Below the pieces are notes generated by a model that did no database searches, was not told where the DNA came from, and worked only from the letters and a program-made list of their open reading frames with translations. This document shows positions 60,681-64,000 of a stretch of 64,000 nt of DNA, piece by piece. The translations under genes and the position numbers were made by a program. This DNA comes from Octopus vulgaris (taxonomy: Eukaryota). The stretch is taken from NCBI GenBank assembly GCA_951406725.2, contig OX597826.1, positions 72,292,001-72,356,000 of the forward strand, written 5' to 3'. Numbering within the stretch: position 1 is the stretch's first letter; every line of letters starts with the position of its first letter.

Positions 60681-61368
60681 ATATATCAAAATGAATTTTA
60701 ATTTTACAAATTCAGAGGTCTGTACCCAATCACATGGAGTAGCAGTAATTAAAATGTTAAAAGACATTAATTAACCAGCTTGAGCTTATAATATTTAAAA
60801 TATGATACTCTGCAATACCAAAACACCGAAAGTACTACGGCTGGTAGGCAAAGTTTTAAACCTTTACTAAAGTGAAAGTGTAGAATTATGCTTGTTAAAT
60901 TACAGGGTTTAGATGCATTTTTAAAACTCACCTAGACATTTTTACCTAAGGTATCAGTCGAACCTTTGTCACAGCAAGCAATATAAATGAAGGTAGCATT
61001 ATCCAAAACCCTCACTCTCCAAAAACCTATCATAGAGAGAAGATTAGGCAAATAATATGAAAGTAATGTTAATGGCTATAATCCAACATGGTTACAGCCA
61101 ATAAGCTGAAATGGAATAAGAGGCCTAGTATTTGTCATAATCTGGACAGATTTTTTTTACATCATATACAAGGCATATTTGTTTTGGATTAAATTAATAT
61201 AGAAATTTTTTTTCTATATGTATATTAAAGAAAACTTATGATTTGACAAAAATAATGCAGCACTTTCACTAAACTCGGAAGTTTTCAGTTCAAAAGCTTT
61301 GACTTTTGTTAAGGATCAGAGTGGTTGAATTTCTGTCTCCAATGTTTGGATAATGTATGTGGCTAGCA

Positions 61369-61680
61369 ATCATCATCATCATCACCATTTAATGTCCTCC
61401 TTCCATGCTAGCATGGGTTGGACGATTTGACTGAGGTCTGGCGAACCAATCTTGATCTGGCAGAGTTTCTACAGCTGGATGCCCTTCCTAACGCCAACCA
61501 CTCCAAGAGTGTAGTGGGTGCTTTTACGTGCCACCGGCACGAGGGCCAGTTTGGTGTTAATCTGCAACAGCCACGCCCAAATGGTGCTTTTTATGTGCCA
61601 CCTGCACAGGAGCCAGTCCAGCGGCACTGGCAACGACCTCGCTCAAATGTTTCACGTGCCACCAGCACAAGTGCTACTAA
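61369..61680 (-). mobile_element. SINE family B
   Basis: (CAT)n tail, family motif and gtgcc..gcac subrepeats. Confidence 0.85.
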
Positions 61681-62267
61681 GACGACAGTGTTTGGTCCTA
61701 ATTTAGTAACGGATACACCTTCAACATTCACGAGGAAGCACTTAATCATGCACTCATTTCTTCACCAGTGAATGTAACATTGGTGCAAGAATCTTTCTGC
61801 AAAGTCCTTGAAAATTTTTGTGATTTCTCTCTTGTTCAATTCTTTTTTTTTTTTTTATGAAATTAATGCATTTTGTCACCACTTTCATCATGTTGCTCAT
61901 TCTTCGAGAATGTGCACATAAATTTCAAACAAAGATGTACTATTATGCTCTTAGAATAGTGTTGATAGTTCCCCAATTCTTTTTTGATCAAAACACAAGT
62001 ATTTTTCAGATCTTATATTGACATATCATAGATAACTATGCAAACTTTTTGATGCTGTTTGAATTCTGTTTCAAGTATATTAAATATCATTAACCTTCCT
62101 CCAGGATAAACTAATGTTCTCAAAATATTTTTCTGGGGGTTAAAATTCTCACAAACACAGCTGTATATTCCTTACCAAACTTGCTTTCAGTGTTTAGTTT
62201 CACTTTCTTTGCAGTTAGCTTATACACTTCATAACTTGCTTTACAGAAGTTTTTTAATTAATACATT

Positions 62268-62821
62268 GGCACAGATGTGGCTCTATGGTTAAGATTGCTT
62301 TCCAACCGCATGGTTTTGGGTTCGCTATTATTGTAGGCTGACCAAAGGAAAAGCCTTGTGAGTGAATTTGGTAGACTGAAACTTAAAAAAAAAAATTTTT
62401 TTTAAACCCTGTTATGTGTATATGTGCGTGAGTGTTTCTTTGTTTTGACATCAAATAGTAGTTGTAAGCAAGGATCACCTTCAAACAAGCAGTGTTGTTC
62501 AGTTCCAGTCTTCCATAAAAATGTTTGGCAATAGTAGAAACTCTAACTCATGCAAACATGGAAAAGTAGACATTAACCCTTTTGTTACCGTATTCCTGTT
62601 GAGATGCTCTGTGTTTCTTTCAGTTACTTTAAATATAACAAAGAATTTAGTGAAATAACTTAGTTATCATTAAGCTAGTGTTAGGAACATAAACTGTGAC
62701 TAAGGTTTGGTGGAAGATTTTAATTCAAATCTTATGAAAACATAACATTTGTATTGCAGAGCCAAAGGTGGATTCAGCTGGGTTGATATCAAAAGGGTTA
62801 AAATGATGATGATGATGATGG
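62268..62821 (+). mobile_element. SINE with family A head and family B-type (ATG)n tail, interrupted by MITE P2
   Basis: ggcacagatgtggct...aagccttgtgagtgaatttggtagac head; catggaaaagtagacattaa|MITE|aatgatgatg tail. Confidence 0.7.
62577..62797 (+). mobile_element. piggyBac-type MITE family P2
   Basis: TTAA|CCCTTTTGTTACC ... GATATCAAAAGGG|TTAA; body matches 12725-12941. Confidence 0.9.
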
Positions 62822-63447
62822 TCTTTTGATGATAGATTACTGTTGCCATAAAGATTATTTTAAAGCTGCTAATCTAAAGGCAGAGTTCCTCTTATTTTTT
62901 AATATTCTTTATGTTCAGTCAAATAGTAGTAGCATTCAAAATTGTACTTTATATGCTACAGACCCTTCCAAAACTAGCATTATAAGATTACCAATGAAGA
63001 CAATCAAAATAATACATATTGTCCTATTATAATGAGTAAGTAATAAATATTGCCCTAGCATAATAAGATTACCAACAAAGACAATCATACAATATCAATA
63101 TATGTAATAATACAAACAACAAAACCTCCATAAGCCATGAACCCTTTGACAAGTTAAGCCTTATGAGAATGAAGGATAACTCAGAATAACAAGATATAAA
63201 AGATTCACAGACAACAAGTATGTCAAACATATACTCCCATCATCGGCTGCCTAATGGATGTCACTATGGTTTTGATACCTGGGCAGTACCATTTAATCCA
63301 GTGGTGTCAACAGTGTTAAAAATATTAACACTGCCTGGGAATCAGTTGACAAGTAGCAGGAGTGAAACAGTGTAATGTGTCGATTACATCTACACAAGGG
63401 ATTATTATTACAAATACCAGCATCAAATGTAAACAAATTCTTACAAA

Positions 63448-63621
63448 CACTTTAGCATACAAACTGGCCAGATCAGGCCTCGCACCTGCCCTACAATGTC
63501 ATACTAACAGTAAACAATCATATCATTGAAATCTCATTGCTGTGAGATAATGCATGATTAATTCAAAACAATATGAATAAATGAGCATCATATTTGACAG
63601 AATTATCTGAATGCTAAAGGG
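63448..63621 (-). mobile_element. piggyBac-type MITE family P1, internally deleted
   Basis: Ends AATGCTAAAGGG|TTAA at 63621; body is the reverse complement of P1. Confidence 0.8.
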
Positions 63622-64000
63622 TTAAACCTGTAGCTACAAAGTATATCAAATAAAAACAAAGAAATATTTCCCTCCAAAATAACATGGCTATTTCAAAAAC
63701 TATAGACTGTAATCACACCTTTCAGAATAAGGCATACTTTTCATTTACCTCTTTGCAAAAATAATTTGCTGTCCATTTTTATATCAAAGAACTTTTGCCA
63801 GCAACAGTTATTCTTTCATTAAGTATTATCCTTTGCAGAAAGGGTCACTTGCTGTTATGTTCTTAACAATATTGATATAGAATCTGTAAAAAGAATAGAC
63901 AAATGAAGTGGTAAGTACTAAAAATGTTAATTAACTGTAAATAAAGGTGTGACTAATACATCTTGTAAATTCATATGAATTTCAACATTATGGTTAATAT

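Larger units (their letters stand above)
61700..63830 (-). pseudogene. Decayed hAT transposase (GTF2IRD2/SPIN/Buster type), fragmented by insertions
   Basis: Minus-strand remnants in the expected order: KWTANYFCKEVNEK (~63760), KASYEVYKLTAKKVKLNTESKFGKEY...PEKYFENISLS (~62100-62245), MMKVVTKCINFIK..LNKR (~61870). Confidence 0.75.

Overview
Eukaryotic, AT-rich, microsatellite- and SINE-dense DNA, most likely an octopus or other coleoid cephalopod (inferred from the repeat families). The only confidently identified gene is the 3' end of a MIER-family (ELM2-SANT) corepressor on the + strand: coding exons 1890-2017 and 2436-2955, followed by a probable long, TE-free 3'UTR. Positions ~25-38.5 kb form a CpG-retaining, TE-poor block with promoter-type motifs and candidate first-exon donors, probably the 5' region of an unidentified downstream gene. 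The rest (~9.5-25 kb and ~39-64 kb) is CpG-depleted and packed with nested mobile elements: several tRNA-derived SINE families, RTE and CR1 LINE fragments, two TTAA piggyBac-type MITE families, a Tigger-like MITE, a non-autonomous Helitron, a decayed hAT transposase and possible Gypsy remains. Most notable observations: two decayed Penelope-type minimal hammerhead ribozymes, a SINE flanked by a 187-bp direct duplication, a Helitron that seems to carry a SINE, a young unclassified 194-bp retro-insertion, and twin perfect RORE motifs. No intact novel multi-gene system is evident. Almost all listed ORFs are low-complexity or TE artefacts. SINE and MITE family letters (A-E, P1, P2) are my own labels, and repeat boundaries without a TSD are approximate.
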